A DNA stretch of 64,000 nucleotides from Schizochytrium sp. TIO01 (GCA_004764695.1 SMSO01000036.1:1-64000), one strand, 5' to 3'; positions 24,076 through 36,026 are shown, counted from the stretch's first letter. Numbers and translations: made by a program. Notes: a model not told the origin generated them from the letters alone.

Positions 24076-25280
24076 TTAGCCACACAGAATATCCAAGCTG
24101 TTACGCAGCATAGTATTGGAAGCGCATTGAAGCTTGACATTGTTATTAGAGGCAATCGCAGTACACCCTGTTCCACCGAAAGGATCACCCTTGTCGTCGG
24201 TACTAGGCAAAGTTAGCTGAAATGCAAACTAGCAAAGGTGACTGAAGCCGCACGAGCCGGGCTGGGCATCCAAAGCTGTACTAGCAGCAAAGTTGAACAC
24301 GGATATTGTCCAGCGGAAGTAGAGTGCTGTATTCTGGCGCTCACGCTCCGTGCCGTTGAACTTAATGCAGGCAGAAGTGATGTTATCATCACCACGGTTA
24401 TTGGTATGGCGGAATTTGAAGTAATCAAGATTGTCTACATGCGGCTTCTTTTGCACATATCAGTAAAGGGTTATGAAAGGGTGTTTGAAGCTGATAAGGA
24501 CACTCAGATGAAGCATTAGGCAAGTACTCATGCTAATTGGTGACATACATCGTGTGAGCTCAAACTTGTCGAGGCGCACATGCTGGCCCATGTTGTTAGC
24601 CGTACGGATCTCACCGTTGTACATGCTGACGAAAGTGAGGTTGGCCGCGTTAGAGAACTTAAGGAGGTCAAGCTTGCAGTGGAGGCGAAGACGCACGCCC
24701 ACCGTTTGGAACTGGCAACTAATGAGTGATGAGGCCTGGCTGCAAGCCCTAGCGAAATAAAAGGGTACTCTAACATAAAGTTAGGTAACAGGAGCGCCGT
24801 CCATGCTCAAGGTCTTGCCATCATGGGTTTAGTTAATGAGCTGCTGTTTCCTCGTTGTTGGCATGGAGAATTAGTTCATCAGTGTTAGGGGCCTAGTCGG
24901 ACTGAAGGGTTCTGGTTTGTCTCCAGGATGGTGTCATTGGTCATATTAATCTCGGCACAACCATGCTCGAAGGTAATGTTACGAATAATGGCGTAGTCAA
25001 GTGTGCTGACCTAGTCCACGAAGTCCTTGTAATGGCAAGACGGCATGTGTCAACATCGAGAACAAACCACAAGTAGGTCATCAAGTAAACCATCTCGGTT
25101 CAATAGGATGGCAAGCTCCTTGTCCCGAGCAGCAGAGACAATAACGTGCTAAGATGCATCAATTGTATTGTTTGCAACACTCTTTTGACCACACTTACAT
25201 AATTTGACCTATGAACTGGTGAAAAGTTAGGTGTCCTGGTCACCAAGGGCAGAAAGCTGCTGCAGAACACCAGCGCTCAT
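24076..25280 (-). pseudogene. Endogenous giant-virus (Nucleocytoviricota-type) double-jelly-roll major capsid protein, decayed
   Basis: Colinear motifs across frames: MSAGVLQQLSALGDQDTxL, LNRDG.LMTYLWFVLDV, YAIIRNITFEHG, LYVRVPFYFARACSQA..LISCQFQTV, HVRLDKFE..HEYL, SFKHPF, ITSACIKFNGTERE, YFR, ISVFNFA, QPGSCGFSHL, AIASNNNV. These match the NCLDV MCP consensus in order (GGLMQLVAYGAQDVYL, SRNGDL, LYIPLQFWF, YLD.EER..HEYLI, FNHPVK, LQLNG, YSFA, QPSGTCNFSRI, NYNVL). Many stops and frameshifts. Confidence 0.85.
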
Positions 25281-25590
25281 TCTTGGCTGCTGGAGGCAAA
25301 ATTAGATATAAACTTGTCCAGCGGTTTTAAGTCGAAGTGCGATGCATATTCTACAGTGTGCGGCGATGCGCTATACTCTAGATTTTCCTTTCTCTTGGGT
25401 CAAAATTTGGCCAGAGCTTGCTTGCTCTGGAGAACTTATACCTACGATAAGAAAATATGAAATTAAAATCGGCACCATTTTAAAGTTGCACATTATGTGG
25501 TTATCAAGGAGTTCTGTTGTGTATTTTCCTCTCGTTAAACCTTATCAACAATAATTGTTGTGGCTCCAAATGCGAGAGTATCATGCTAGA

Positions 25591-26694
25591 TTAGTCCATA
25601 AGAGGAAGGGGTCGCATCTGACATTCCCAAGGCTCAGGTTTGTTCTGAAGAATTTTCTCAATCTTGTCCATAACTTCATCAGTGAGCTTTGGCAATACCT
25701 TGAGAGAGCCCAGGTTTTCACGAAGCTGTTCAGGCTTGGAAGCTCCAAGTAATGCTGTAGTGACATTTTTGTTTTTGATGCACCAGGCCAACGCCAGCTG
25801 AGCCATAGAGCAGTTAAGTTCTTTCTCTGCAAGTTCGTTCAGGGCAGTCACCTTGGTTTCATTGCCACTCTTTGTCCAGGCCTCGAAGAATGGCTTCATC
25901 CACGCGTGCTTGTACGCCATCTCATCAAGCCTAGATCCCTTTGGGATACCGTCTTTATACTTTCCAGTGAGTAGGCCCGAGTTAAGTGGACTCCAAATGG
26001 TAGTGCCCATCTTGTAAGGTTGGCGGTAGAGTGGGAAGTACTCCTTTTCAAATGCTTCACGGTATACCATGTTGTATTGGGGTTGTTCAAACGCTGGCGG
26101 AATGTGCCCACCGCGCTGGGCGATGTAGTATGCCTCAGTGATTTGTTGCGCACTCCAAGCACTTGTACCCCATGCAGACGCCTTTCCAGACCGAACAGCA
26201 TCGGACATAGCTTGCACGACTGTTTCCGTGCTCGTATAAGGATCCGGTCGATGGCAAAACAGCAAATCAACATAGTCCAACTGAAGCCTTTTGAGAGATT
26301 CGTCAAGACCTCTAATGATTCGACGACGGGAAAGGCCAGTCTCGTTCATTGACATGTCCTTTGACGGGTGTTCACACCAAAAGATCTTGGTAGAGATCAC
26401 TAGCGCACTTCGGCGCCACGCAACTTCATCTTCCAGCTGCAATTGCTTGAGTGCTTCCCCAAGGATTTTCTCAGCTGAACCATCTGGGTAACCGTAAACT
26501 TCGGCAACATCAAAGTAATTGATGCCTGCTTCGCGAGCAATCTTAAGGTTCTCTTTGGCTAATTCAATGCCCTTATCACCCTGCTGATCGGGCTTGGTCC
26601 CATAACCAAACATGCCATAGCCAAATACTGAAAGGCAAAGCCCAGTGTTACCGAGCAAACGATATTTCATCTTGACATCACTATTCTCCGACAT
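25591..26694 (-). CDS. Aldo-keto reductase, Kv-beta-like (367 aa)
   Basis: MKYRLLGNTGL, FDVAEVYG, ISTKIFW, GLSR..SLKRLQLDYVDL.FCHRPD, WGTS.W, EQPQYN, WSPL.SGLLTGKY, AQLALAW, LLGASKPEQL.ENL. Confidence 0.95.
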   Translation of the reverse strand: MSENSDVKMKYRLLGNTGLCLSVFGYGMFGYGTKPDQQGDKGIELAKENLKIAREAGINYFDVAEVYGYPDGSAEKILGEALKQLQLEDEVAWRRSALVISTKIFWCEHPSKDMSMNETGLSRRRIIRGLDESLKRLQLDYVDLLFCHRPDPYTSTETVVQAMSDAVRSGKASAWGTSAWSAQQITEAYYIAQRGGHIPPAFEQPQYNMVYREAFEKEYFPLYRQPYKMGTTIWSPLNSGLLTGKYKDGIPKGSRLDEMAYKHAWMKPFFEAWTKSGNETKVTALNELAEKELNCSMAQLALAWCIKNKNVTTALLGASKPEQLRENLGSLKVLPKLTDEVMDKIEKILQNKPEPWECQMRPLPLMD

Positions 26695-29600
26695 GTTTAC
26701 TTACTGCGTAAAAGTTCAAGTTGCTGCAATGGAGTCTTGTAGGTAAGATTCTTTGAGGGCTTATCGTTGGCTGTGCAGGAGATTTGAGGTTTGCTTCGCT
26801 TTTGGTTTCCCCAAAAGTCATTTTAGCATCGTGTATGTCTTTGCTGAATGTTATTTCTGGATAAGTGCCACCCTTTGCTCTGGAAAAGAGCGAGAAGATG
26901 CTGGTCTTCTGTCGTGCAAGTCACGCGCAAAGTATCCTCATCCGCGTCCCTGCCCGCAATACCAGCTTCTCATGATCCACACAAGCACACCGTTCTTGCT
27001 CAGCAGCGTCCTGGACAACTGAGTCATAGGGTTTTAAACACTTTCAATTGAATATCTGGTCAAGAAAGCTTTTTCAATGATTCCTGGAAGGATGCTTCTG
27101 CTTTTCTCCTCTTACAAACAATCAAAACATGATGGTAGATTGTGTGTATTTCTTCAAAAATAAAAAAGAATAAAACACTAGGTAATGTTTTTTAAAATAA
27201 AATCGTCACCTTTCTATCCCGCATTCAAGGCGACGAACAAAGCGTCTTTTATTTTCTTCTCCTTTCTAAAATCACCTAAAACTGGGAGAAATGAGTGCAG
27301 CTATAAAGGTTAGATCATCAATCTAGTAGACCCATACTGGCAACGTCCATCCATGACTCCTACAATCGTGTCTCTGAAATGATTATCTTACTCACTTTAA
27401 ATAGACCATTTTTCACCAAAAATGGGTGTATTTCCCCTCAAATATAGGAATGAGATCGTTTCATTTCTATACACCGTTTCCTATAGGTTTGAAAACATGT
27501 TCCAAATGTATCCCCTTCTGCTGAGTCTCAAAGTCCGCTGTACGACAATTATCTGGCCAGAGTTGCTGAAACTCATAATTGATGTGGGTTCTCCTAGGTT
27601 CTACCATATCATTTCTTCCATATTAAAACAATCGGAACAATCATTGTATTGTAAAAGAGAAAAGAAAAGGTACATCATCTTTCACGAATATAGAAGCCCT
27701 GAAGCTATCTGATTTCTAGGGAGGGGAGCAAGACAAAGAATGCTCATCTAGAGTAAATCTCACATCTTCACGCGTTCGCATATAAAGAGTAAAAATATGC
27801 CAACTTACAATTCTTCTTTCCCTTCAACAGGTAAGTTTAAGATTCTCCTAGTCGATTGGGAGATAATTCTTTCATCTAACAACTTGCATTCATAACCAAC
27901 TAGGTTTGTTCTCTAAAGTGGTTGATTAGACGACCCCAGTGCGTCTTAAGACTTAACTGCCAAGTATATTAAATTAGAGTTATTACAATGTTGGATGCAA
28001 AAGCAAAAATTCTACCGATGTTAAATCTTTACAAATGCCCAACGCGCACAGGATGAGATCGATGTGACTCTTTGCATTTGACAGTGATGCACGCGATTGG
28101 AGCAGTTCTTTACAGTATCCCTCGTAGTATCGTATTCTCATGATCTCCAAAAATTGAACGCCTACTATAATAGTAATCAATTCCTGCTCCTTTGTTGGCG
28201 AGAAGAAAATTAAATATGGCGGCTTTGTTCAGAACAGATCGTTGAAATAAAGGGTTTTCTTTTCATGGCTACAACGTGCATACAAGATGCATACAATTCT
28301 CTATGTTGTGATGTTGTCTACTTTTTAGAAAGGAATCGGTCTACCTGGATTGCCTTTCAACGATTTGCTAAACACCAACAGAATGTAGTGTATAGCCATA
28401 AACTCAAGTTCATCCAAGGACTTATTGTTTCTCAGAACAGAAGTATACCCATTGCGACGCAAATCTTAAGCCCCTCTGCTATACCTTGAAGAGTATGCAC
28501 AAGGCAGAACTTGATAGTCTTAAGAAAATCTACTTTTGTTAGAAAGCAGGATCAGCTTCATACGCTTCAAGTTTGTTGATATGTGGTTACGAAAGATCAA
28601 TAGAAATGCATACAGGGCTCTTCCAGTTTCGGATATAGATCTAATGCTTCCAGGATGAAAAGGTACAATGGGTATCACTTGGTGACACATAATTGTCACT
28701 AGCCAGAGGGCATAAGTTGGGATCCTTTAGCTTGGGTAAGACTGAAGCCAAAATAATCGCTTAGTGTTGTTATTTTGAGAGGGGCTTAGCTATAATATTT
28801 CCCAGTGCAAGGAGATAGCTTATTTTTATTGGGAGTCATTTAGGCAAGCAGAACGCCTGTCAGAACGAGAAAATTAAGAAGAAGAGAAGGACACACTGAA
28901 TTATGTAAGTAGCCAACAATGCACAAATGAATCAGCTCTTTTCACAAAGATGAGAAACTGAATGAGCTTGAATAAGATTTTAAAAATAATGTGCAATTTA
29001 GTCATTAGTGCAGTTGTTTGGACAGTAATTATACAATAACCGTTTTGACCTCGTATTTTCAATTTTTTTGAACGAACAAGGCGTTTCTAGATCATCAAAT
29101 TGATTAGGAATTGATTAGAAATAAATGTACCACTTATTGGCAGGGATTTTCATTGCCCTACATCCAATGCAAGGAACTTCATTCACGTAGATGTCAAGCT
29201 TCTCGTGCTATACAGCTCTTCACAATAACAAATTTTAAGCAAATTCATGAATGTTGTCTGGTCGCTTGAGATTAGCAAACAAGGAATACTGATTGCAGAG
29301 TATATAATCTCCAATTGAAACTGCCTAGAATCAGGCCTCACATCGAAATCTCTTTACCAATTTTAATACTTTTCTTGGTGTATAGATGAAAAGTTCTACA
29401 TAATTCTAACTGTGGCAGGATAGCTGACCAGACTAGTCTACATTGTGAGTTCTTGACAATATTTAGGGCTATCCCAAATACTTAGACTTCTTGTACATAC
29501 AAGATTGACCGAGTTCTTTTCCATTCTATTATTCAATAATATCTACAGAAAGGAGTACTCATGAAGTCTATAGTGGGGTACAAAACAGATGATAAACTCT

Positions 29601-30267
29601 GTTGTCGAAAAAACTTTAGAAAAAAGAAACTTATCGTACACTATTCTGTAATGTTAGTTCTCCTGCAATCGAGGTTTCTAATCAGAGTCTGGACCCCAAA
29701 CTCACCAATACCAACTAGTTCTTCGAAGATTAATTACTAAATCATTGTTGATGAAACGTGGTTATGATTGCTCAGAGGCGATTGAGGGAATGTCGGATAT
29801 AGCTGTGTTTAGTTGGCATTGAAGCTAGGATTTATGCTTGTCTTGTTAAGTCGGTTTGGGTTGATTCAGGTTGATTCGGATCTGGTGTCGGATTTGCTTT
29901 GCCAACTCCTCTCGACTCTAGCTTTGTTCCCTTCGTTCCCTAGTATGGGTGCATCTCATGTGGTGTAACACATCAGGTGTTATGTGATGTCAAACATCAG
30001 GCATCAAGCCAGTGGTGTCACAAAGGTGTTCCTCTAAGCCTTGCAAAGTCATGCTGTAACGTTGTTTCTGTTTTCCTTCTCAGTAATTGTGACGACGCCC
30101 AGTCGTAATAACCAAAGATACAGAAATTTAGTATTTGATCATATTCACTTTACTCCTAGAGTTTCCAACATACCTTCCCAACCAATGTAACGTGTAGAAT
30201 TTGGAGAGAGTAAAAATAGCACGGAGAAAAGTGTTTTTCACTCCCCCCTAGTTTTTCTGTTCTATAC

Positions 30268-30538
30268 TTTCAGTTCGATTCACTAAATAGACTTTGTATT
30301 CGAAAACTCACCAGTACTCACCTAGTTCTCCACAGCTACATTGCAATGTTATCTCAACTACACCTAATCGTCTCATAACTAAAAGAGCAGAAACTGTACT
30401 ATTTGATTATATTTTCAGCACATTTTCAGTTCACTCATATCTAGAGTCTCTAACTAGTCCTTGCATTCCAAAACTCATCGATACTCACCTAATCCTTTGC
30501 AGTTACCTTGCAGAATTATTGCAATTTCACCAATTCGT
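30268..30538. repeat. Diverged direct repeat, two copies offset by ~167 bp
   Basis: TTGTATTCGAAAACTCACCAGTACTCACCTAGTTCTCCACAGCTACATTGCA (30294) vs TTGCATTCCAAAACTCATCGATACTCACCTAATCCTTTGCAGTTACCTTGCA (30461). Each contains a minus-strand AG|GTGAGT donor-like site. Confidence 0.6.
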
Positions 30539-32216
30539 AAACTTGCCGAATTCTTCCTCCAGTTTCACAGGAGATGGCATGACCATTTATCGTCACAGCT
30601 TCACAGACACAGCAAGAAAATGAGGAGTTCCTCACAAAACATGTGTCTCATGTGCATTCTCCTCACACGGGAGGAGCGAACGCAGTGTCTGAATCTTACA
30701 GAATCATTCATAGAGAGGCAAGACGAAAGAGTCCGAACTGATAACTATGCATCGAATAATGTCGCTTCTTAAGTAAAGTCTTTTGCAGTACCATTTAAGT
30801 CCAACCTCAAATCCAAAACCAAAATCGAAACAAAAAACCAACCCAAAACAGTCGCGCATACATGCCCTATATTTTAATTCTTTCGCCGATACCTGCCAAA
30901 CACTTCACCGTCACCGTCAAGTAAAAATACAGAAGCATTCCTATTTGATCATATCTTCAGATTTCCCACACAAAGCTGCAAAGACGATCATTGCATGGAC
31001 ATCAGCACACAGTCTACAGCTTTTCGACACTCGCAACTATGATCGTGATATTGCCCCCCTGGGGCTCCGTCGCCCTCTCGGCCATGGCCACGATGAGAAT
31101 ACCACGAACAAAATCAAAATGACCCGTTCCCTGGAACTCCTCAAACAAAACCGTGGCTTAGAGCTAATCTAAGTAGGGGAGTCTAGCATTCCACAACTTG
31201 GGCTAAAGGTTGCTTCTCCTCCACTTACAAAGTCTGCTCAGTCGCGACTGGCAGGAAGGTTTGTCCGGCAAAAGTAAGTGCATCTCCATGTACAAGGAAT
31301 GAGCTCTCCAAGATTTTCATAATCTTCTCAGGCTAAAACCTAGACCACCTTCAGCAACACCTACAAAGGCCGCACGTTCTGAGTGTCAGGCCTCTCCACC
31401 AACCTCTAAACAATTAGTTACAGCATAAATGAGCGCTCGTTCATTCTCATTGCCATCTTCGCAAGATTCCAACACATCCGCATAAGCACAGTCCGTATCT
31501 TTGGAAATTGCACATCACGAATGGCAACTCGTCTGAACGGGGATCTTATCAAGGTCAAAAAGGTGCCGAAGTTGCAGTAAATTGGATATGTTCAATCACG
31601 AGCACAACAATATATTGACACCAGATACTCCGCTGCAATGTTTTGGGAGGTCTTCATTCCCAGACGAAACAGTCTATACTACGCAGGTGTTGCACAAAAA
31701 TTATGCGACCTCTACTGGAACTAAACCCTTCCCTTGCTCCTGCACAAGAGTCTATTTTGTAACGTTTGACAAACAGCTAATCTTTGCCACGTAGATCTAT
31801 AGTTCTTTTGGCCCTTTAAGATATCACACTTTGGAAAAAATAACTCTGAGGAGTCTGTCTCCAAGTTAAGTAGTCTCTGCAATACCCTACTTACTACCTG
31901 ATACCTGTCTTTACTTAACCAGAACTTAATTAAGATTCTCTCAACTAAATTTTCAAGCCCAAGGCACTACTAATATAACTCCTAACCACGCATAACTACA
32001 TATAGCAGAGATATGAGAGAAGAAAGAAAAAAAAGGGAATCTTCACAACCAACTCGGACTGGTATTGCAAAAGATCTTTGGAGTGATCAAACCACAAAGG
32101 AGGGTTTCAACTGGAAAGTTTTGCGGGACCTCTTGCTCGGTGAAGTACGTCCTTGAAATCACCTCATACAGTTATTAGCGAGATTGCTTCCAGAGCTGGT
32201 GCCAAGAACAAGGATT

Positions 32217-34772
32217 ATGCAGCGCTATCGTGAACCGGTAGTGACCGATGCGGAGGTGGTCAAGGATGGCTTTGCCGTAGTCGGCAGTCGGGGCGAACGG
32301 TTGACCGTTCGTGCTGTAGATAATGACATTATTCATGTGTCGCACCTACCCTATGGGGCCTATCCAGTTTCCAAAACGTGGGTTGTTGTTGGTCAAGAAG
32401 GTGGTGAGCGACCTCGGGATGATCATGGAAACCTTGCTGCTTCAGGGATTGCAGAGCCCGAAATTCACATAGAGGCAGATGTACAAGCCAAAATCGAATT
32501 GAATACTCGAAGCCTTCGCGTTGCTATGAGTACAAACGTTGTTGGAGATTCCAAACGACCATTCTGTCTTCAGTGGTACAGCAGTGAAACATCAACATCG
32601 GAAACTCCACCTGCTCATACTCATCTCTTTGCCCAGGATGCAGTCCTTGGCGCATACGCATACGAAAGCCCTTCGGGAAAGGGAATGCATCGAATGGATC
32701 GCCAGTCATCCAAAGAGTTCTACTATGGCGTGGGCGAAGTAACAGGAGAGCTTAATCGTGCTGGTCGGCGTTTTCAGCTTGCTTGTCGTGATGCTATGGG
32801 CTACGATGCGGCAACAAGTGACCCACTTTATAAGAACTTTCCTTATTATATAACTTACAATAAAGAGGCGCAAGTTGCATATGGTATCCTTTATGATCAA
32901 CTTTGTAGTGGATATCTCGATCTCGGACAGGAAATTTCTGCATTTCGCGGTTCTTTCCGGACTTATGCAAGTGAAGCAGGCTTTGTTGATTATTATCTTA
33001 TTTTGGGACCTACTATTCCTCAGGTTGTCGAAAAGCTTGGTGGGCTAGTAGGGCGCCCTGCGGTCCCCCCTGCTTGGGCTCTTGGTTACGTGGCATCCAC
33101 AATGACATATGCAGACGCACCTGATGCACAACGCAGGTTGGAAGCTTTCCCGGCCCTGTGCGAGCAACATGCTATGCCATGCAATGGATTTTATCTTAGC
33201 TCGGGGTACACAATGGATGCTGAAGGTAATCGCAACGTTTTCACATGGAACCGTAACAGAGTTCCAGAACCTGAAAAAATGCTTGACACATTCCATGCTC
33301 GAAAAATGGGCGTCATTGCCAATGTGAAACCATGGCTTTTACAGGCTCACCCGCGTTACCAGGATATGAAATCTCTTGGTGGTTTTTTCCGTACAGATCT
33401 TGATCATACAACAATCTCACCCAGCTTTACGCTAGGCTGGTTTTGGAAAGGTGGGCCTGGTACTTTTGCTTCGGGTTCTTATTTAGATTTTAGCAACCCG
33501 GTGGCGTTTCAATGGTGGAAGAAACAACTTACAGAACAGCTTCTTGAACCTGGTGTGGATGCAGTTTGGAACGACAATAACGAATATGAGCTAGATGACG
33601 ATGGTGCAATCTGTCATGAGAATGATTTGCCGATTGGTATACTCGGGCGTACTCTTCAGCCCCTTTTAATGGCCCGTGCCTCATTTGAAGCTTTGTGTGA
33701 GCTTCATCCTGATAAACGACCATTGGTTGTCTCTCGCTCAGGTTGTCTTGGCATTTCTCGTTATGCAGCGCAAACGTGGTCCGGTGACAATGATACCTCC
33801 TTTCACACTCTAAAGTGGAACATCCCCATGAGTCTTGGTCTATCTCTGTGTGGTTGGGTAGGCTGCGGCGCGGATATTGGAGGCTTCACTGGCGATGCTG
33901 TTACCCCTGAGCTTTTTGTGCGCTGGATCCAGCTTGGTATCTACATGGCTCGCTTTAGTATCCACTCATCAAGTTGGAAAGCTTCCTCACAAGTCAATAT
34001 GTTTGACGAGAGTAACACGCAGTCATCTACTTTACCTGCAACCCATGATGCCTCTGGGTATAATCTTGATTGCACAAACGAACCATGGATGTTTCCAGAA
34101 ATGACTTCTACTGTACGCTCTCTTTTATGTCTACGACAGCGCCTTCTCCCATTGTTGATGAGCTTGCACATTGAAGCCTGGGCAACAAATGCTCCGGTCA
34201 TGCGTCCGCTCGTTTATCACTATGCTTCAGATCGAAATGAACGTTCTCGACTCGAGTCTTTTGAATTTCTTTTAGGACGTGATCTCCTTGTTGCGGCCGT
34301 GCTGGAAGCGAAACAGGAATCCAGGCTGGTTTATTTTCCTGGTGATGTCGCCCATGAGACATGGTGTGACCTTCACACGGGCCTTTGGTATGGTGGTGGA
34401 ACAGAGGCAACTGTAGAGGCTCCTCTTCAGGGTCGTACATTTGGTGCTCCAATATTCTTACGGAATGGATCTGGTTTCGTTTTGGCAGATCACAATGCAC
34501 CTCGCTCACGCACACTTATTCTGGCTGCGCAACAAAGTCATAGTACACAAGAAATCAATGTAGATTGGTGGGAAGACCCTACCAAAGATCAACAAGGAGT
34601 TTTCCGGGACCTAGGGGACGCTGCTCGTGTCACTGTACGTGCTGTTGCCACCCCGACTGAGGTACGGGTTGTATCTATCGAAAAGTTTGGTGCACCTGCA
34701 CCTATTGACACCTTGAGCTTCAAACTTGTGCCAAACGACGCACGCGCAATTATTTGTGACGTCTCGTGGTAG
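32217..34772 (+). CDS. Glycoside hydrolase family 31 alpha-glucosidase-like enzyme (~851 aa)
   Basis: YYGVGE, DAMGYDA..SDPLYK.FP, PPAWALGY, YLDFSNP..WW, nucleophile motif WNDNNE, acid/base WSGDN, GADIGGF, PELFVRWIQ, PVMRPL, FLLG.DLLVA. First ATG at 32217. Confidence 0.93.
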   Translation: MQRYREPVVTDAEVVKDGFAVVGSRGERLTVRAVDNDIIHVSHLPYGAYPVSKTWVVVGQEGGERPRDDHGNLAASGIAEPEIHIEADVQAKIELNTRSLRVAMSTNVVGDSKRPFCLQWYSSETSTSETPPAHTHLFAQDAVLGAYAYESPSGKGMHRMDRQSSKEFYYGVGEVTGELNRAGRRFQLACRDAMGYDAATSDPLYKNFPYYITYNKEAQVAYGILYDQLCSGYLDLGQEISAFRGSFRTYASEAGFVDYYLILGPTIPQVVEKLGGLVGRPAVPPAWALGYVASTMTYADAPDAQRRLEAFPALCEQHAMPCNGFYLSSGYTMDAEGNRNVFTWNRNRVPEPEKMLDTFHARKMGVIANVKPWLLQAHPRYQDMKSLGGFFRTDLDHTTISPSFTLGWFWKGGPGTFASGSYLDFSNPVAFQWWKKQLTEQLLEPGVDAVWNDNNEYELDDDGAICHENDLPIGILGRTLQPLLMARASFEALCELHPDKRPLVVSRSGCLGISRYAAQTWSGDNDTSFHTLKWNIPMSLGLSLCGWVGCGADIGGFTGDAVTPELFVRWIQLGIYMARFSIHSSSWKASSQVNMFDESNTQSSTLPATHDASGYNLDCTNEPWMFPEMTSTVRSLLCLRQRLLPLLMSLHIEAWATNAPVMRPLVYHYASDRNERSRLESFEFLLGRDLLVAAVLEAKQESRLVYFPGDVAHETWCDLHTGLWYGGGTEATVEAPLQGRTFGAPIFLRNGSGFVLADHNAPRSRTLILAAQQSHSTQEINVDWWEDPTKDQQGVFRDLGDAARVTVRAVATPTEVRVVSIEKFGAPAPIDTLSFKLVPNDARAIICDVSW

Positions 34773-35112
34773 TGAATTGTCTGGATTCATACAATACACA
34801 ATCTTTCCGTGCCTCTTTTTGTTTGCAACATTCGAAAACATAATTGATCATTCTTATCCTGTCTCTACTCGTAAAATCAAATCAAATTCAAAAATAGTTC
34901 GGTCTTCACTTATAGAGCAAATCATGCTCAACTAGGAATAGCGAGAGATGCTAGCAAATATTGGAGGGTGAGCAAGCTAATTGTTCTACTGACGAACAGG
35001 CCTGCTAGCCAAAGAAAGCATGCCATTGATGTGGATTTGAATACTTCTTACGTCTCTATTGCTTTCATGGCAAGGATGAGGATATACTTGTCTCTATTAT
35101 TACATAAAGTCA

Positions 35113-35721
35113 TTATGTTGTTTTGCTTTTGTCTGTTTCGCTCAATGTATCAATTCCTTTGCCCGTAGAACCCTCCAGGTAGCAGCCAAGCCATTGTGTC
35201 CAGACGAGGTGCCACGCAACCGCAACCGAGGCTCCAACGAGCCAGCCCACGAGGACTTGGTCGGTTGTATGATACTCCAAATAGACTCGGCTCCAGCCCA
35301 CAACGAAACTCGCAATAAGCAATGCGAAGGAGAGCACCCGAGGGTATTTGAATTCTCCGTATCGCTTCTGGTTAGCCATAAGCGCAAAGATAGCTAAGTA
35401 TGCCATAAATTGTGTATGGTTACTTGGCATTCCGTATTTTCCAGAATGATCAAGATGCTCCTTGTCTGCAGGCCTCGGCATGCGAACAACGTGCTTAAGC
35501 AGCACATTCACTACGACATTGCCAAGCTGTCCAATGAACATAAAAACCAATTTCGGCGGAAATCCCAAGGCTATACAAACAGAAACGTATGACACGACCG
35601 CAAATACAGGCGATAACGAACACAGCGCCAGTAGTTGTCCCACAAGATCTCCCTCATCGTAGTACACTAGTGTCAACGAAAAGGGTATCTTGCCTACCAC
35701 TGCTACGGCATCCTCCGCCAT
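35113..35721 (-). CDS. DOLPP1: Dolichyl-diphosphatase 1 (PAP2 family)
   Basis: PFSLT.VYY..GD..G.LLA..SLSP, GQL.N..N..LK....PRP, GMPSNH.QF, SRVYL.YHT..QV. First ATG at 35721. Confidence 0.85.
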   Translation of the reverse strand: MAEDAVAVVGKIPFSLTLVYYDEGDLVGQLLALCSLSPVFAVVSYVSVCIALGFPPKLVFMFIGQLGNVVVNVLLKHVVRMPRPADKEHLDHSGKYGMPSNHTQFMAYLAIFALMANQKRYGEFKYPRVLSFALLIASFVVGWSRVYLEYHTTDQVLVGWLVGASVAVAWHLVWTQWLGCYLEGSTGKGIDTLSETDKSKTT

Positions 35722-36025
35722 CCTCTTCTGTAGCAACCTCAAGGAAGGCTTGACACTTGCTGGTTTCCCTGGCCCTTCCAGAGCTGAACCGGCGACTTCT
35801 GTTCTCCTCAAGATCTTCGCTAGAGTAGTGAAGCGGGATGGAGGAGGAGGCACTGCAAGGATCGGTGCTGTGTACTTGCTACCACACCCAAACTATTTAA
35901 ATCTTGATATTATCATTGTTTTTGGCTATGATAAACTTATTCTTAATTGCATATAGCGCTTGACTGGGTGAAAATTCCACCATGCACCTTTTCAGAAATC
36001 CTCTGTTGCCCCGTTTGATACATAG

Positions 36026-36026
<1 letters not shown>

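Noticed and set aside
24076-25280. Alternative genetic code (TAA/TAG = Gln) to rescue the capsid gene and other remnants
   Set aside because: Intact neighbours end at TAA or TAG at their expected C-termini (AKR, LTV1, AlaAT, GH31). The relic also has frameshifts and a TGA.
24076-25280. Mirusvirus origin of the capsid relic
   Set aside because: The motifs are those of the NCLDV double jelly-roll, not an HK97-type capsid.
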